A stretch of DNA of 50,824 nt from Bacteroidota bacterium (GTDB lineage Bacteria > Bacteroidota > Ignavibacteria > UBA10030), in contig JACVXU010000002.1 of assembly GCA_015661185.1 (NCBI GenBank), forward strand, positions 1 to 50,824, written 5' to 3'. Made by a program: the position numbers and the translations under genes. The notes under the pieces were generated by a model. The model worked only from the letters and a program-made list of their open reading frames with translations. It had not been told where the DNA came from and did not search any database. Shown one piece after another: positions 17,666 through 27,176 of this stretch. Each line of letters opens with the position of its first letter. The stretch's first letter is position 1.

Positions 17666-18847
17666 ATGGGACAAATCATGTCTGGATTCCAAGGAGTCGA
17701 CTATTACGATCTGAGTGATTTACTCTCGGAAGATGAAGTCCTGGTTCGTAACACCGTCCGGGAATTCATAGACGACAAAGTGCTTCCAACGGTCGAGAAG
17801 CACTATGAGGATGGTGTGTTCCCCATCCATCTTGTTCCACAGATGGCTGAGCTTGGCCTCTTCGGTTCGACCCTCCCTGCGAAATATGGTTGTGCAGAAA
17901 TGAACAATGTCGCCTATGGTCTCGTCATGCAGGAGCTCGAGAGAGGCGACAGTGGGATTCGGAGCTTTGCCTCGGTTCAGAGCGCCCTCGTGATGTACCC
18001 GATTTTCACATTTGGTTCAGAAGCACAAAAGGACTATTGGTTGCCGAGGCTGGCCTCGGGGAAAGCGATTGGCTGCTTCGGCCTGACTGAGCCGGACTAT
18101 GGATCGAACCCTGGCGGTCTCGTTACGCGGGCCGAAAAAAGTACGAAGGGGTTCGTGATTAATGGTGCGAAGATGTGGATCACCAATGGAACCATCGCAG
18201 ATGTCGCCGTTGTGTGGGCCAAACTTGATGGGGAGATAAAAGGTTTTCTCGTGGAGAAGGGGACGAGGGGTTTCACGGCGCCGGAGATGAAAGGAAAACA
18301 CTCGCTCAGGGCCTCTGTGACGTCGGAGCTTGTGTTTGAAGATTGTCTGGTCGCGGAGGAGAACCTCCTGCCGAAATCGGGGGGATTAAAATGTCCGTTG
18401 ATGTGCCTCAGCCAGGCCCGCTATGGAATCGCTTGGGGAGTAATCGGTTCCGCGATGTCGTGCTATGATGTGGCGCTTCGATACGCCAAGACTCGAATCC
18501 AATTCGACAAGCCAATCGCTTCGTTCCAGCTGATTCAGGAAAAACTAGTCCACATGGTAACAGAAATAACAAAAGCTCAGCTGCTTTGTCTTCAATTGGG
18601 CCGTTTGAAGGATCAAGGCAAGGCAAAGTTTACTCAAATTTCAATGGCAAAGCGGAACAACGTGTACCATGCTCTGGAGATTGCCCGGATGTCGAGAGAA
18701 ATCCTCGGAGCGAATGGCATTCTCAACGAGTACCCGGTGATGCGGCATGCCGCGAACCTGGAATCTGTGAAGACATACGAAGGAACACATGAAATGCATA
18801 CGCTGATTATCGGAGAAGACATCACCGGCATACCGGCGTTCGAGTGA
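17666..18847 (+). CDS. gcdH: Acyl-CoA dehydrogenase, glutaryl-CoA dehydrogenase-like
   Basis: 393 aa with [28 protein letters not shown] and a C-terminal [13 protein letters not shown] motif typical of GCDH-type ACADs. Subfamily assignment is from memory of motifs. Confidence 0.85.
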   Translation: MGQIMSGFQGVDYYDLSDLLSEDEVLVRNTVREFIDDKVLPTVEKHYEDGVFPIHLVPQMAELGLFGSTLPAKYGCAEMNNVAYGLVMQELERGDSGIRSFASVQSALVMYPIFTFGSEAQKDYWLPRLASGKAIGCFGLTEPDYGSNPGGLVTRAEKSTKGFVINGAKMWITNGTIADVAVVWAKLDGEIKGFLVEKGTRGFTAPEMKGKHSLRASVTSELVFEDCLVAEENLLPKSGGLKCPLMCLSQARYGIAWGVIGSAMSCYDVALRYAKTRIQFDKPIASFQLIQEKLVHMVTEITKAQLLCLQLGRLKDQGKAKFTQISMAKRNNVYHALEIARMSREILGANGILNEYPVMRHAANLESVKTYEGTHEMHTLIIGEDITGIPAFE

Positions 18848-18876
18848 CAAAACCAAGCCCAGACAGGATTACTCTT

Positions 18877-20337
18877 ATGGCATTGAAGAAGATTATCGGT
18901 GAAGGGATTACGTACGACGATGTGTTGTTACTGCCGGCGAAGTCGTCTGTTCTTCCCCGAGAGACCGATGTGAGGACCAGACTCACTCGTCAGATCGAGT
19001 TGAACATACCGCTCGTGAGCGCAGCGATGGATACGGTAACGGAATTCGACATGGCCATAGCTCTTGCACGCGAAGGTGGGATTGGTATTCTGCACAAAAA
19101 CATGACCATCCAACGGCAAGCTGAGGAAGTTGACAAAGTGAAAAGATCGGAGAGCGGGATGATCCTTCATCCGATTACTCTTGGCCTTAATCGAACAGTC
19201 CGCGAAGCTCTCGAGGTTATGAAGAAGTACAGCATCTCCGGCATTCCCATTGTTCAGGATGAGAAGCTCGTCGGCATCCTGACAAACCGCGATCTTCGAT
19301 TTGAGCCAAATCTGGAACTGGAAGTCTCGAAAGTAATGACCGCGGTAAATCTCGTGATTGCTCCAGTGGGGACAACCCTGGAAGAAGCAGAAGTGATCCT
19401 GCAGAAGAATCGCATCGAGAAATTGCCCGTGGTTGATAAGAATGGCAAACTCAAGGGTCTCATTACGTTCAAAGACATCCAGAAAAAGAGGAGGCACCCG
19501 CACGCCTGCAAGGACAAACTCGGTCGCTTGCGCACCGGGGCAGCTGTGGGTGTTACAAGCGACACGCTCGATCGTGTTGCTGCGCTGGTTGATGCTGGCG
19601 TCGACGTGATTGTTGTCGATACCGCGCATGGTCACTCCAAAGGTGTCCTGACGATGGTGAAGCTTATCAAGTCGCGATTCGACATTCAACTGATCGCCGG
19701 GAACGTCGCCACCGGGGAAGCGACGCGCGATTTGATCAAGGCTGGTGCTGATGCGGTGAAAGTCGGCATCGGGCCAGGTTCGATCTGCACGACGCGTGTT
19801 GTGGCGGGGGTCGGAGTTCCTCAAGTGACGGCAATTATGGAATGTGCAAAGGTTGCTTCACGATCGCGAGTTCCACTTGTCGCCGACGGCGGAATCAAAC
19901 AGACGGGAGACATCGCAAAAGCGATTGCGGCAGGAGCCGACTCTGTCATGCTCGGCAGCCTCTTTGCCGGCGTCGATGAAAGCCCTGGTGAAAAGGTCCT
20001 GTATGAAGGACGAAGCTACAAGATGTACCGGGGAATGGGTTCAATTGAAGCGATGAAGCAGGGGAGCCGGGATCGTTACTTCCAGGATGTTGAGGACGAT
20101 CTACAGAAGCTCGTCCCTGAAGGCATCGAAGGGAGAATCCCGTTCAAAGGCAGTCTCAGCGAAACCGTACATCAAATGATCGGGGGACTCCGTTCGGCGA
20201 TGGGATACTGCGGTTGTCGAAAGATCTCAGAGATGAAAACGAAGGCGCAGTTCGTACGGATGACCGATGCCGGACTTCGCGAAAGCCATCCTCACGATGT
20301 TGCAATCACGAAAGAAGCTCCCAACTATCACCTGTAA
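18877..20337 (+). CDS. guaB: IMP dehydrogenase
   Basis: [10 protein letters not shown]-type N-terminus, a CBS pair, the catalytic [11 protein letters not shown] loop and [15 protein letters not shown] 18877 is preferred over GTG 18844. Confidence 0.97.
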   Translation: MALKKIIGEGITYDDVLLLPAKSSVLPRETDVRTRLTRQIELNIPLVSAAMDTVTEFDMAIALAREGGIGILHKNMTIQRQAEEVDKVKRSESGMILHPITLGLNRTVREALEVMKKYSISGIPIVQDEKLVGILTNRDLRFEPNLELEVSKVMTAVNLVIAPVGTTLEEAEVILQKNRIEKLPVVDKNGKLKGLITFKDIQKKRRHPHACKDKLGRLRTGAAVGVTSDTLDRVAALVDAGVDVIVVDTAHGHSKGVLTMVKLIKSRFDIQLIAGNVATGEATRDLIKAGADAVKVGIGPGSICTTRVVAGVGVPQVTAIMECAKVASRSRVPLVADGGIKQTGDIAKAIAAGADSVMLGSLFAGVDESPGEKVLYEGRSYKMYRGMGSIEAMKQGSRDRYFQDVEDDLQKLVPEGIEGRIPFKGSLSETVHQMIGGLRSAMGYCGCRKISEMKTKAQFVRMTDAGLRESHPHDVAITKEAPNYHL

Positions 20338-20347
20338 GAATCCACTG

Positions 20348-21418
20348 ATGTTCGAGCGACGGCTTCAAGAGGTCCGAAGACATCTTGAGACTTTGAGATT
20401 GGATGCTCTTCTTGTCTCTCATATTCCTCACGTCCGCTATTTGACAGGCTTTACGGGCTCAAATGGCCTCTGCATCATTGCCCGCAAAAACCAGCACTTC
20501 CTCACTGATCACCGTTATCGTGACCAGTCAAAGACCGAGATCAAGGGATTTGAAATTCACGTAAGCCGGATTGGCCTTCTCGAAGAGGCAGGCAAGCGCC
20601 GCCTCCTGAAGGGGCAGTCTCGGGTTGGTTTTGAGAGTCAGAATCTAAGCGTCTTTGCCCACAACAAGTTGCAGAAACTACTCCCGGGCTCGGCTCTCGT
20701 GCCGACACTGTCGGTCATTGAAAATATCGCCGCTGTCAAAGATGAGTTCGAAATCGAGAGTATAAAGCGTGCGGTCAGGATTACCGAGAAAGTATTTCAG
20801 AAACTACTGCACATCCTTAAGCCCGGGCTCACAGAGCTAGAGGTGGCTGCAGAGATCGGATACTTGCACAGACGATATGGGGCAGAGGCAGATGCATTCG
20901 ATGCTATCGTTGCGAGTGGTATTCGCGGGTCACTTCCGCATGCGCGGGCTTCCGGAAAAAAGATCAAGAGGGGAGAACTGGTGACGCTGGATTTCGGTTG
21001 CCGTCTGGATGGCTACAACAGTGATCTCACTAGAACGGTCGCTGTTGGCCGACCAACTGCCCGTGCCAGGAAAGTGTATCAGATTGTGCTCGATGCGCAG
21101 TGCAGGGCAATTGAGGCAGCACGTGCGGGAATCAGAGCCAGCGCCCTTGATCGTGTTGCGCGCGGCTACATCAACGGGAAGGGCTTCGGAGAGTATTTCA
21201 GCCATTCTCTCGGGCACGGTCTCGGTATCGAGATCCATGAAGAACTCCGGCTTTCGGCCCTGAGCAAAGAAATTCTGAGAGCTGGAAACGTTGTCACCAT
21301 CGAGCCTGGGATCTATATCCCGGGTTTTGGGGGTGTGCGGATTGAAGATGATGTCGTTATTCGTGAGAACGGGTGCGACGTGCTCACTGTTGCACCGAAA
21401 GAGCTAACCATCATATGA
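20348..21418 (+). CDS. pepP: Xaa-Pro aminopeptidase (M24B metallopeptidase)
   Basis: Creatinase-like N-domain plus pita-bread metal ligands (DFGCRLDGYNSDLTRT, HSLGHGLGIEIHE, EPGIY, RIEDDV). Confidence 0.9.
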   Translation: MFERRLQEVRRHLETLRLDALLVSHIPHVRYLTGFTGSNGLCIIARKNQHFLTDHRYRDQSKTEIKGFEIHVSRIGLLEEAGKRRLLKGQSRVGFESQNLSVFAHNKLQKLLPGSALVPTLSVIENIAAVKDEFEIESIKRAVRITEKVFQKLLHILKPGLTELEVAAEIGYLHRRYGAEADAFDAIVASGIRGSLPHARASGKKIKRGELVTLDFGCRLDGYNSDLTRTVAVGRPTARARKVYQIVLDAQCRAIEAARAGIRASALDRVARGYINGKGFGEYFSHSLGHGLGIEIHEELRLSALSKEILRAGNVVTIEPGIYIPGFGGVRIEDDVVIRENGCDVLTVAPKELTII

Positions 21419-22734
21419 ATAGTGAATTCCGAAAAGTTCTCGTCATCGCCTATTATTTCCCTCCGATGGGTTTGAGCGGCGTTCAACGGACCGCAAAATT
21501 CATGAAGTATCTTCCGAAATACGGGTGGAAGCCTACGGTACTCACCGTATCGCCGACAGGCTACTATGCCGTCGATACGACACTCCTCGAAGAAGTTGAA
21601 CAGGCCGGAACTGAAATTGTGCGCGCAAGTTCTCTCGATCCCAATAGACTCTTCAAGAGTCAGGGTGTCGTGAAAATGCCTTCGGAGCGGGTCCGTAAGA
21701 TTCTTCAGTTTGCCGGCGATGCCGTGTTTATTCCCGACACAAAGATTGGCTGGAAGTCGAAAGCATTGAAGGCCGCGACGAATCTTCTCAGTCGGGAACA
21801 TTTCGACGTGATATTCGCCACGGCACCTCCCCAGACAGATTTCTTGATTGGCGAGGCATTGAAGAAGAAATTCGGGTTACCTCTGGTCCTGGATTATCGG
21901 GACGCTTGGCTCGACTACCCATTCAAATACTATCCGACGCCGCTGCATCGGTATCTGCACTACCGGTTGGAGAAACGTGTGCTGAAAGTGGCAGATCGCA
22001 TTATCGTGACAGTCCGGCGTGTGAAAGAGAGCATATTGAAGCATTACCTGGGCCTCGATTATCATGACATTACCATTATCCCTCAGGGATATGACCCTGC
22101 AGATTTTGTATCCAGGCCTGTCTCGAAGCCTGCTGCAAGGCGCAAGATGCGGATGACTCACGCCGGCACCTTCTATGCTGACCGAAACCCATCGGTTCTT
22201 CTGCAAGCGCTTCACAACCTCTTACGGGACGTGCCGCAGATGCGCGGGAGGGTGGAACTGAATCTTATCGGTAATGTGCGCGAAGAAGATCAGGTGCTCG
22301 TCAGCAAGCTCGGGCTGCAGAACGATGTGAAGTTCTCCGGATACCTGGACCACAAGGAATGCACGCGCCACCTCATGGAATCAGACATCCTTTGGCTCGT
22401 GCTCGACAACGACTATCAGTCTCCTGGGAAACTCTACGAATATCTGGGCGCACGGAAGCCGATTCTTGGCTCGCTCGAGGAAGGCTCAATGAAGGAACTG
22501 ATCCTCGAAAGTGGAGCCGGAGTCTGCGTGCCTCTTAAGGATTTGAAAGCACATGAAGAGGCTGTGCGCGGACTCTTCGCACAGTATGAGAAGAACCAGT
22601 TGAAACAGGTACCGGAGGAATTCTCGGGACGCTTTGATCGCCAGATGCTGACTGGAGAGCTTGCCCGGCAATTCGAGTCTCTGATGGATATCGACAAGAA
22701 CGCATTCGTCAAACTCGAGGAAGAAGGATCGTGA
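21415..22734 (+). CDS. Glycosyltransferase (GT-B fold, GT4-like)
   Basis: The N-terminus KVLVIAYYFPPMGLSGVQR and the C-terminal GKLYEYLGARKPILG motif are typical of group-1 glycosyltransferases. ATGA overlap with pepP and GTGA overlap with purD. Confidence 0.8.
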   Translation: MNSEFRKVLVIAYYFPPMGLSGVQRTAKFMKYLPKYGWKPTVLTVSPTGYYAVDTTLLEEVEQAGTEIVRASSLDPNRLFKSQGVVKMPSERVRKILQFAGDAVFIPDTKIGWKSKALKAATNLLSREHFDVIFATAPPQTDFLIGEALKKKFGLPLVLDYRDAWLDYPFKYYPTPLHRYLHYRLEKRVLKVADRIIVTVRRVKESILKHYLGLDYHDITIIPQGYDPADFVSRPVSKPAARRKMRMTHAGTFYADRNPSVLLQALHNLLRDVPQMRGRVELNLIGNVREEDQVLVSKLGLQNDVKFSGYLDHKECTRHLMESDILWLVLDNDYQSPGKLYEYLGARKPILGSLEEGSMKELILESGAGVCVPLKDLKAHEEAVRGLFAQYEKNQLKQVPEEFSGRFDRQMLTGELARQFESLMDIDKNAFVKLEEEGS

Positions 22735-24041
22735 ATATTTTGGTGATCGGCTCCGGAGGGAGGGAGCATGCAATTGTCTGGAAACTCCGGCAAAGCCCTC
22801 GGGTGAAGGCCCTTTATTGTGCACCCGGGAACGCGGGAATTGCCCAGCAAGCTCAGTTAGTTTCACTCAAACCGACGGACATTCAAGGTCTCCTGCGTTT
22901 CGTAAAAGAAAACGGTGTCGAGCTCACTGTCGTCGGACCGGAACAACCTCTCGTCGATGGAATCGTTGACGAATTCGAGCGCAATGGACTCAGGATTTTT
23001 GGCCCGAGCAAGTCGGCAGCAATGCTTGAAGGGAGCAAAGCGTTCGCCAAAAAGTTTATGGCGAATCACGGAATTCCAACTGCCCGATTCCGCAGCTTCT
23101 CCTCAGGTGGGTTCAGTCAGGCTGAGGCCTACACACGCGAACTTCCCCTTCCAATAGTAGTCAAGGCTGATGGGCTAGCAGCAGGAAAAGGCGTATTGAT
23201 CTGTGAAACCCACGATGCCGCGGCCGTGGCATTAAGGGAGATGATGTCGAACAAGGCATTCGGCACGGCAGGTGAGACAGTTGTCATCGAGGAGTATTTG
23301 GAGGGTGAAGAAGCGTCGGTATTCGCCCTCACGGATGGAGATCGGTTCGCTGTTCTCGCCACAGCCCAGGATCACAAACGGATCCTCGATGGCGACCAGG
23401 GGAAAAACACGGGTGGCATGGGAGCTTATGCTACGGCACCGATTGTAACGAAAGAAGTTCTCAAGCAGATCGAGGAAGAAATCATCGTTCCAACGCTCGA
23501 AGGGATGAAGAGTGATGGCATGCCTTACCGCGGTTGCCTGTATTGCGGATTGATGATTACACCGACCGGGCCGAAGGTCATCGAGTTTAACTGTCGTTTC
23601 GGCGATCCCGAGACACAGGTTGTCGTGCCGCTCATCGACGGCGACCTCGCGGAGATCCTGCTGTCGATATCGGAGCGGCGGCTTGATCCGTCAGCTGTGA
23701 AGCAGCATGCCGCTTCTGCCGTCTGCGTGGTGATGGCTTCGAGGGGGTATCCGGATGATTATCAAACCGGAAAGGTGATACACGGATTGGAGAAAGTCAG
23801 GCATGAGGATGGCCTTGTCGTGTTTCATGCCGCCACGCGATCTGATGGTGAGCAGGTCATATCATCCGGAGGACGGGTGTTGGGTGTGACAGCGATTGGC
23901 TATGACCATGATCTCAAGGGCGCAATCGATGCTGCATATCGGGCTGTTGGCTCATTAACGTTCGACGGCGCGTACTATCGGAGCGATATCGGTCAGAAAG
24001 GTCTGCGCCGGCAGTCTCACAGTAGCACACGGGAACATTGA
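22731..24041 (+). CDS. purD: Phosphoribosylamine--glycine ligase
   Basis: NILVIGSGGREHAIVWKL, ATP-grasp core and GNTGGMGAY; 436 aa. Confidence 0.97.
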   Translation: MNILVIGSGGREHAIVWKLRQSPRVKALYCAPGNAGIAQQAQLVSLKPTDIQGLLRFVKENGVELTVVGPEQPLVDGIVDEFERNGLRIFGPSKSAAMLEGSKAFAKKFMANHGIPTARFRSFSSGGFSQAEAYTRELPLPIVVKADGLAAGKGVLICETHDAAAVALREMMSNKAFGTAGETVVIEEYLEGEEASVFALTDGDRFAVLATAQDHKRILDGDQGKNTGGMGAYATAPIVTKEVLKQIEEEIIVPTLEGMKSDGMPYRGCLYCGLMITPTGPKVIEFNCRFGDPETQVVVPLIDGDLAEILLSISERRLDPSAVKQHAASAVCVVMASRGYPDDYQTGKVIHGLEKVRHEDGLVVFHAATRSDGEQVISSGGRVLGVTAIGYDHDLKGAIDAAYRAVGSLTFDGAYYRSDIGQKGLRRQSHSSTREH

Positions 24042-24042
24042 C

Positions 24043-24966
24043 GTGACCATACTCGTCACAGGTGGTGCAGGATTTATTGGTTCTCATATTGTTGATGCGT
24101 ACCTCAACGAAGGGAATAACGTCATCGTGATTGACGATCTCTCCTCCGGTGTGAGGGAGAATGTCAATCCGAAAGCGGAATTCCATAAGCTCGACATCCG
24201 GAGCCCGGAGATCGAAGAGATCTTCGAGCGACATGCAATCGATGTCGTCAATCACCACGCAGCTCAGATGGATGTCCGACGCTCGGTCTCCGATCCAAAA
24301 TTTGATGCGAGCGTGAACGTGTTGGGAGGCTTGAACATTTTTGAAGCGGCGAGGAAATTCGATGTCAAGAAAATCATTTTTTCCTCAACGGGGGGTGCGA
24401 TCTATGGGGAGCAGGACTATTTCCCGGCCGATGAAGAACATCCTGTGCGGCCCTTGTCACCGTACGGCATCACCAAACTTGTGACGGAAAAATACCTCTC
24501 CTACTACAAGCAAGTGCATGGTATCGATCACGTTATTCTTCGATACGCGAACGTGTACGGGCCCCGACAGAATCCGCACGGAGAAGCAGGCGTCGTGGCA
24601 ATCTTTGCCAGGAAAATGCTGCACGGTGAAAGCCCGGTCATCAATGGAGATGGGAAACAGACAAGGGACTATACGTTCGTCGGTGACGTGGTGAGAGGCA
24701 ATCTCCTCGCCCTGAAGTCTTCCGGATCAAATATCTTCAACATCGGGACGGGGATTGAGACCGATGTGAATCAGCTTTTTCAGATACTTCGAGGTTGGCT
24801 GAACCCTGGGTGTGCGGAAAACCACGGTCCTGCGATGCAGGGCGAACAACGTCGGAGCGTGATCACCTACAAGAAGATCCAGCGCGAGCTTGGGTGGAGC
24901 CCGATTGTGGAACTATCCGAGGGACTTCGCCTGACAGCAGACTCTTTCAAGAAGAAATTCGCCTAG
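24043..24966 (+). CDS. NAD-dependent epimerase/dehydratase (UDP-glucose 4-epimerase-like SDR)
   Basis: ILVTGGAGFIGSH Rossmann motif and the catalytic SPYGITK (YxxxK) motif. Confidence 0.88.
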   Translation: MTILVTGGAGFIGSHIVDAYLNEGNNVIVIDDLSSGVRENVNPKAEFHKLDIRSPEIEEIFERHAIDVVNHHAAQMDVRRSVSDPKFDASVNVLGGLNIFEAARKFDVKKIIFSSTGGAIYGEQDYFPADEEHPVRPLSPYGITKLVTEKYLSYYKQVHGIDHVILRYANVYGPRQNPHGEAGVVAIFARKMLHGESPVINGDGKQTRDYTFVGDVVRGNLLALKSSGSNIFNIGTGIETDVNQLFQILRGWLNPGCAENHGPAMQGEQRRSVITYKKIQRELGWSPIVELSEGLRLTADSFKKKFA

Positions 24967-24970
24967 TATC

Positions 24971-25942
24971 GTGACGTCACTCGCCAGCATTATGATCGAC
25001 CAGCTGATACAGGGAGACCGCAAGACTATTGCGCGCGCAATTTCCCAGGTGGAAAACGATACGCCGCTTTCGAAAGAAATCTTGAAGAGCATCTATGGGC
25101 GCACGGGCAGAGCGTACCGGGTTGGAATAACCGGTCCACCCGGGGCAGGGAAAAGCACGCTGACGAACAAACTCGCCCGAGTCTATCGCCTGCAACAAAA
25201 GAAAGTCGGCATCATAGCAGTTGACCCTACGAGTCCGTTCACCGGAGGGGCCCTCCTCGGCGATCGGATTCGCATGAGTGAGGTGGAATTGGATGAAGGT
25301 GTATTCATTCGCAGCATGGCCTCCCGAGGAAACCTGGGTGGCTTGAGTAAGAGGGCCAAAGAAGCTGCCGATGTCCTTGATGCCGCCGGTTACGATGTCG
25401 TCATACTGGAAACAGTCGGTGTCGGGCAATCAGAACTTGATATCGCCAGTGCCGCAGATACGACTATCGTTGTGCTCGTGCCAGAGTCGGGAGATGGTAT
25501 CCAGGCAATGAAGGCTGGCCTTATGGAGATCGCGGACTTCTTCGTGCTGAACAAAGCTGACCGTCCCGGTGCTGACCAGGCTGTGATGTCCCTCAAGATG
25601 ATTCTCGGGTTTCGCGCGCATACTGTGGAGAGTTGGATGCCGGAGGTTCTGAAGACGCAGGCGAGCGAGGGGAAAGGCACAGAGGAGGTGGCAGAGCTCA
25701 TTCATAAACACCGATCGTTTCTGGAAACTACCGGCATGCTTGAACGAAATCGGAAATTGCGTCTCGAGCGCAGGATCCGGGAGATCGTAGAAGACCAGCT
25801 TCACATTGAATTCTGGAGCCGTGAGCGCTCCCGGGAACTTCATCAGAAGCTAGACCTGCTTCTCCAACGTCAATCGAACCCGTACGATGTCGCCGCCAGG
25901 CTGTTGGAAGATTTCCGGACGAGTAGTGGGCAGCAGTCATGA
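24971..25942 (+). CDS. meaB: Methylmalonyl-CoA mutase-associated G3E GTPase MeaB/ArgK
   Basis: GPPGAGKSTL, DPTSPFTGGALLGDRIRM, ETVGVGQSE, LNKAD. Confidence 0.9.
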   Translation: MTSLASIMIDQLIQGDRKTIARAISQVENDTPLSKEILKSIYGRTGRAYRVGITGPPGAGKSTLTNKLARVYRLQQKKVGIIAVDPTSPFTGGALLGDRIRMSEVELDEGVFIRSMASRGNLGGLSKRAKEAADVLDAAGYDVVILETVGVGQSELDIASAADTTIVVLVPESGDGIQAMKAGLMEIADFFVLNKADRPGADQAVMSLKMILGFRAHTVESWMPEVLKTQASEGKGTEEVAELIHKHRSFLETTGMLERNRKLRLERRIREIVEDQLHIEFWSRERSRELHQKLDLLLQRQSNPYDVAARLLEDFRTSSGQQS

Positions 25943-25945
25943 GGA

Positions 25946-27151
25946 ATGAACCACATACATTGCCAGTCTGAGGAGCATATGGGAGACAGTGTTTCGAATG
26001 AGCAGGGGATCGACTTTCGTCTGACCGATGAGCTGAAGATGCTCAGGGAGTCGGCAAGAGATTTTGCAGAGGCCGAGATATTGCCGCAGGTCATGAAGTA
26101 TGACGAGGCTCAGGAATTCCCCATGGCCACCGTCCAAAAAATGGCCGGACTTGGATATCTTGGAGTGACTGTCCCGATCGAGCTGGGAGGAGCCGGACTG
26201 TCGCTTATGCATTTTGTCGTTGTCATGGAAGAACTCTCACGGGTTGATCCATCTGTGGGCTTGACACTTGCCGCGCACAGCGGATTGTGCCTTCAACATC
26301 TTTCGTTGTTTGGGAGTGACGGACAAAAGAGACGATTCGTCCCAGACCTGGCAACAGGCGCGACAATCGGGTCCTGGTGTCTGACGGAGCCCGGTTCGGG
26401 CAGCGATGCGTCAGGATTGAAAACTGCCTCCGTGCGTGATGGCGATTCGTACGTCATCACGGGCTCGAAAACGTTCATCACAAATGGATCTTATGCCTCG
26501 ACGTATGTCGTGATGGCCAAGACGGATCTCTCGAAAGGAAACAGCGGGATCTCGGCGTTTATCGTAGAGAGAAGTATGAAGGGTGTAGACATTGGAAAGA
26601 AAGAGAACAAGCTCGGAATGCGGGCGAGTGACACAGTGACATTGGCCTTTGACGCGGTGCGGGTTCCAAAAGAGAACTTGATCGGCTTTGAGGGGGAGGG
26701 ATTCAAACAAGCTCTGACCGTTTTGGACGGTGGAAGGATCGGTATCGCTGCGCTTTCCGTCGGGCTCGCGCAAGGAGCTCTCGATGCGGCGGTGAAGTAC
26801 GCGAAGGAGCGTCAGGCGTTCGGTAAGCCGATTGCTGAATTCCAGGGGATCCAATTCAAACTTGCTGAGATGGCGACTGAAGTACAGGCGGCCCGCCTCC
26901 TAACGTATCGCGCGGCGATGGCGAAACAGAACGGTGAACCTGTCAATTTGATCGCCGCACAAGCGAAACTGTACGCGAGCGAAGTGGCGCAGCGCGTGGC
27001 TACGGAGGCTGTTCAGATCCACGGCGGCTATGGATTCATTAAGGACTTTCCGGTTGAGAAATTCTATCGTGATGTCAAGCTCCTGACCATTGGTGAGGGT
27101 ACATCCGAAGTGCAGAAGATGGTCATAGCAAAGAACCTGCTGCAACAATAA
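25946..27151 (+). CDS. Acyl-CoA dehydrogenase (short/branched-chain type)
   Basis: CLTEPGSGSDASGL, KTFITNG and QIHGGYGF...TIGEGTSEVQ. The start is ambiguous (ATG 25946 or ATG 25979). Confidence 0.9.
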   Translation: MNHIHCQSEEHMGDSVSNEQGIDFRLTDELKMLRESARDFAEAEILPQVMKYDEAQEFPMATVQKMAGLGYLGVTVPIELGGAGLSLMHFVVVMEELSRVDPSVGLTLAAHSGLCLQHLSLFGSDGQKRRFVPDLATGATIGSWCLTEPGSGSDASGLKTASVRDGDSYVITGSKTFITNGSYASTYVVMAKTDLSKGNSGISAFIVERSMKGVDIGKKENKLGMRASDTVTLAFDAVRVPKENLIGFEGEGFKQALTVLDGGRIGIAALSVGLAQGALDAAVKYAKERQAFGKPIAEFQGIQFKLAEMATEVQAARLLTYRAAMAKQNGEPVNLIAAQAKLYASEVAQRVATEAVQIHGGYGFIKDFPVEKFYRDVKLLTIGEGTSEVQKMVIAKNLLQQ

Positions 27152-27176
27152 TCAGCCTGAATAATCCAAGGGCCTC

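Noticed and set aside
18928-19824. 298-aa ORF antisense to guaB. Similar long shadow ORFs occur at 33276-34088, 46209-46922, 43591-44295, 30803-31486, 36097-36834, 36892-37593, 39181-39804 and 27935-28843.
   Set aside because: Each lies entirely inside a confidently identified conserved gene on the opposite strand or in another frame. Their translations are low-complexity (Arg/Ser/Pro-rich), with no motifs or RBS. They are typical shadow ORFs.
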